From positions 1 through 55,367 of the forward strand of contig MQRK01204999.1 of assembly GCA_001938485.1 (NCBI GenBank): a stretch of 55,367 nucleotides of DNA, given 5' to 3'. Shown in pieces: positions 51,685-55,367 of the stretch. The position numbers and the translations under genes are program-made. This stretch comes from Girardia tigrina. Its lineage: Eukaryota. How positions within the stretch are numbered: the first letter of the stretch is position 1; every line of letters starts with the position of its first letter. The notes beneath the pieces were generated by a model. The model searched no databases and had not been told where the DNA came from. It worked only from the letters and a program-made list of their open reading frames with translations.

Positions 51685-52989
51685 ATATTTATATACTACT
51701 GTAACCCAAAAGTCACTCGACACTATTTTTTATTACTTTTATAAATAAATGAGTATAAAATATGAACCAAGTTCACGATTTGTATAAAATAAAAATTTCC
51801 TTACCATTTCAACCCAGTGTAATAATAATTTAACAATAAAAACTTGAAATCTCTAAATAATAAAAAATTATTTCAATCTGAAAACAATAATAATTATAGT
51901 TTGAATAATATCTTTGCAAATGATATGAGAGTATGAACATTTAATATTGAAAAGAATGCATATTTATGAATCTCTCCCAGTATTCAATTTCCTTATTTGA
52001 ATGAATTTTTGTAAAACTAAAAACATTATTTTGTAAAACATAAGGTAATTTTCAGAAGTTTTATCGTAATTTCGGCGTCATATTCAAATCGATCCTTTAA
52101 TTTAGATAAAAATCATTTTTGAAGTATTTTTTATAAGCTTTATATAGTGAATTCCAACAGTATAAATAATTAAAATTTTAAAGGTAAAATATGACATGTA
52201 TAATGAAGTCATTTATAAATTAAAGTATCCATATAACTTCGGAACTGAATTATACAATTATCATTAATATAGACAAAAGATTGTGGGTTTCAAAAATTAA
52301 CGTGCAAAGTATATTTATATAATTTAATTTATTTAAGAATAAAATATAATTATCAACATACCAAAAGATTTTCTATTCATATTTTGTTAAACATAATTCT
52401 TAAACATGCAAAACTGTGCAATACCCTTTCTGTCATCCAAATTACGAAATGATCTTTCAAATAGAAAAATATTTAAGAGACAGTATATGGAACTTCGACG
52501 AGGCTAGATCATCAGAACTTATAAGAGTCACTCCCTAGTGTGATCATCACTATTGTTAAGATAAATCACACATTTTTTTTACAATTTTATTAGAAACACA
52601 ATTTAAATCATTCTTCTAACAATCTGTGGTAAAGCTTTTGTTTGTAGACATCGTTCTTGATTTAACTAAAATATGTATGTTTAAAATCTTCATTTTCTTA
52701 CAAAATTATTTAATTTATTTTATTAATAATTTCATTTCTTATTTATTTCAAAATTAATTTTTAATTCATTTTTTAAAAATAATAAATCAAGATCTAAAAT
52801 TCTGTTCGAATTACCTTAGTCAAAAACCAAATTAAATATCAATCTACCTTTTGAGTTGGAGAGCTAATTCTAACATAATAGTAGTAAATCAAAATATATA
52901 CCACAATTTAAACATTTCCAAAAGATTATTTCATTAACAATGAAACTAAAATTTACTATTTGAAGTTTCTTGAAGATAGTTTTCCGAAA

Positions 52990-53560
52990 AGAAGGATTTC
53001 TGAATAATTGACAGCAGTCTGTAACAGATGCATAGAAATTTTGCAAACAAATAGTTTTTTCTTCGTTTACTTTTTAACACTGTAGAATTTTCAACAAGAA
53101 TCCGTCATACATTTCTTGTGCCATAATTTATCAAAAATATCCCCTAATATTCAAGTCTGGACTTCCACCAGTCGATTTTAATACTTCAATATAATTTTTT
53201 TGAAAACGTCCATTGTCAAAGGAGGAAGTTTTTTAATATGAAATCCACACCAAGCTTTGATTTTATGAGAGACAGCAAAGTTTTCTGTTTATTATTTAAA
53301 TCGAAATTTCACCACAAGGAAGAACCATGTACGAAATCATGATTCTGTTACCACCATTTTGATGTTTTGGTCGACAGATTTTGACTCTATTTCTAAAATA
53401 AGACCACGAAACATCAGAAGCGTTTAAACTAAATATTTTCATTAGAAAAAAACTCTTTTTAAAATCTAAGCGATCTTAAACCAGTGTTTGTTGGCAGTGA
53501 CTCTTTTAAACTTTTGTTGATCGGGTGAAAGTTTTCTAAAATCTCTTCATTTTTGTTAAA
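52990..53560 (-). mobile_element. highly degenerate Tc1/Tc3-like remnant
   Basis: Minus-strand FSNENIFSLNASD (FSDEKKFNLDGPD-like), KHQNGGNRIMI, IEVLKSTGGSPDLNI. Confidence 0.55.
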
Positions 53561-55367
53561 TTTTTTTGCTTGAGTAATTATATCTCCTTAGTATTGAAAT
53601 AATTTTTATGATCTCGAAATAATGAGTTATTATACGTATATAATAATTCTTTTTTTGCCATATTCAAGTTACAATTTACGGCTTTTAAAAACAAACCATC
53701 ATGATTTTTAGTCTTCGTTAAAATGTATAAAATATTATATATTTCATCCCAAATGCCTGAATCCCTTACTCCAATCATTAGTTATAAATGATCAAGATAA
53801 TTTTATATTCCAGACAATTTAAATAAAACATGTTATATTTTTTAAGTTCATAATTAAGAATCGGAATCACTTGATCTTTATAATATTATTTATATACCAT
53901 AATTATAAATAATAAAGAGGTTGAGCTAACACTGCGCATGGTTTTAAAGAGAAGATCATGTTATATTATTACTTTTTTATATAATAAGTCTACATTGAGC
54001 TCAACAGCATTAACGCGCTTTCATACAGCTTCAATAATCTTTCGAAATATACCAAATGAATGAAACTTTTTTTATTAAAAGTAATGTTTTGAACATTCTA
54101 AGCTCTTCTACAATGCTGGAAATCTTTAAACGATTTTTGTTTCGTTTAAATAATTTTTCATATTTTACATGTAAAATGAAACACGGAAATTTAGAAAAAA
54201 TAGAAAATCGAAAAAAAATTTATTTCACTTTTGTTTTCAACCTCATCAATTTGAGCTTCTTTTTAAAGATCTTTCTTCAACTATTTACAGGAATTCTACT
54301 GTATAAAATAGATTTTTCATATGAATATTTTCCTAAAAATTCAAATTCGTGCTTGTTTCGAAGATTTGGTATTTTTCATTTTTGGTTTCAAATTTTCATT
54401 GTTTTTTATATTTTCAAAATAACCATTCTTTATGTCAGGAAAAGCTATAATGTAAAGAAGTACAGTCTTGCATACAATTTAAAATTATATCATAATTAGA
54501 AGAAAACATATTACTATTTATAAAAAATGATAGGCTTTTTGTTTTGAATATAAATGAGAGTTAATTTTAGAATTGATACAAAACGTCTTTGGAAGTCTCA
54601 TTTGCATTTTAAAAATGTGATTGGATTGACGTACATAACTGTAAAGGCGTTTTATGTATCGATTTAAACAATTTTTCAAAAAATAATTTGGTTTTTCTAG
54701 GGTCAAACTTAAAAAGGGTAAAATATTAGAAATATAAAATTTGTTTTATATAGTTAGTTTTATTGATAAAATATTATTAATATTTATATATTTTAACAAT
54801 ATAAAATGAGAATAAATTTTTGTTGATATTCTGAGAAAACATTTTGTTACAATATCAATCATAATTTTAATTGTAAATAAAAAAAATTCCATCAATACAA
54901 GTACACACACACACACATACACACACATATATATATATATAATTTCACAATTCAAGACTATTTTCGTAATTAACAGAACATCATCAGGTGGATCATCCAT
55001 TGATAGAACAGATTTATAAACATTCAAAACCAAAATTAGTCTGTATCAAACAAGGAATATTTGTTAAAATTCTGATTTCATATAAATAACCTAAAAGACT
55101 AAAAAGATTTATTTAAAAATATTCATATTTTAATTTATTTTTTTTAAAAATAATACTAATATATTTTTTAAAAAGTAAATTAAAAAAATATATATACGAA
55201 AAAATCGATTTTCTAAAGTATTTTTTGTAATTTAAAAATTAATAAATATACTCAAAATTAAATAACCTTTTAATACCATTTTAATATAAAATAAAATAAC
55301 ATTTTAATATTCATTTTTTATAGATGTATATAGTGAAATATAATGTATAATTTTATTTTAATAAATA

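Noticed and set aside
52480-52525. Minus-strand ctgatga...gtcgaag hammerhead-like motif
   Set aside because: No stem II, and GAAG instead of GAAA.
54056-54499. 147-aa ORF and similar F/I/K/N-rich ORFs
   Set aside because: Composition expected from AT-rich non-coding DNA; no recognisable domain.

Overview
Very AT-rich eukaryotic (metazoan-like) genomic DNA with several N-gaps; no prokaryotic features, rRNA, tRNA or CRISPR were seen. The only apparently intact host gene is on the + strand: a ZNF541/TRERF1-type C2H2 zinc-finger gene with exons at 3799-4149, 33282-33388 and 33444-34086. Its 3' end was not found. Its ~29.1 kb first intron splits zinc finger 1 between the two Cys and the two His. 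The introns and flanks are filled with transposons: several mariner/Tc1 copies, an internally deleted Merlin, a FLYWCH-MULE with 9-bp TSD and an 18-bp satellite in one TIR, a Chapaev3-like remnant, an RTE LINE with nested inserts, piggyBac- and hAT-type MITEs, Penelope-like GIY-YIG remnants with minimal hammerhead ribozyme motifs, and a complete-ended Ty3/Gypsy whose 5' LTR carries a Tc1 insertion. Other notable items are three decayed intronic copies of the exon-1 end, a decayed 4-finger C2H2 pseudogene, and an in-frame WD40-thiolase chimeric fragment. All family assignments come from manual translation and recalled motifs, not database searches.
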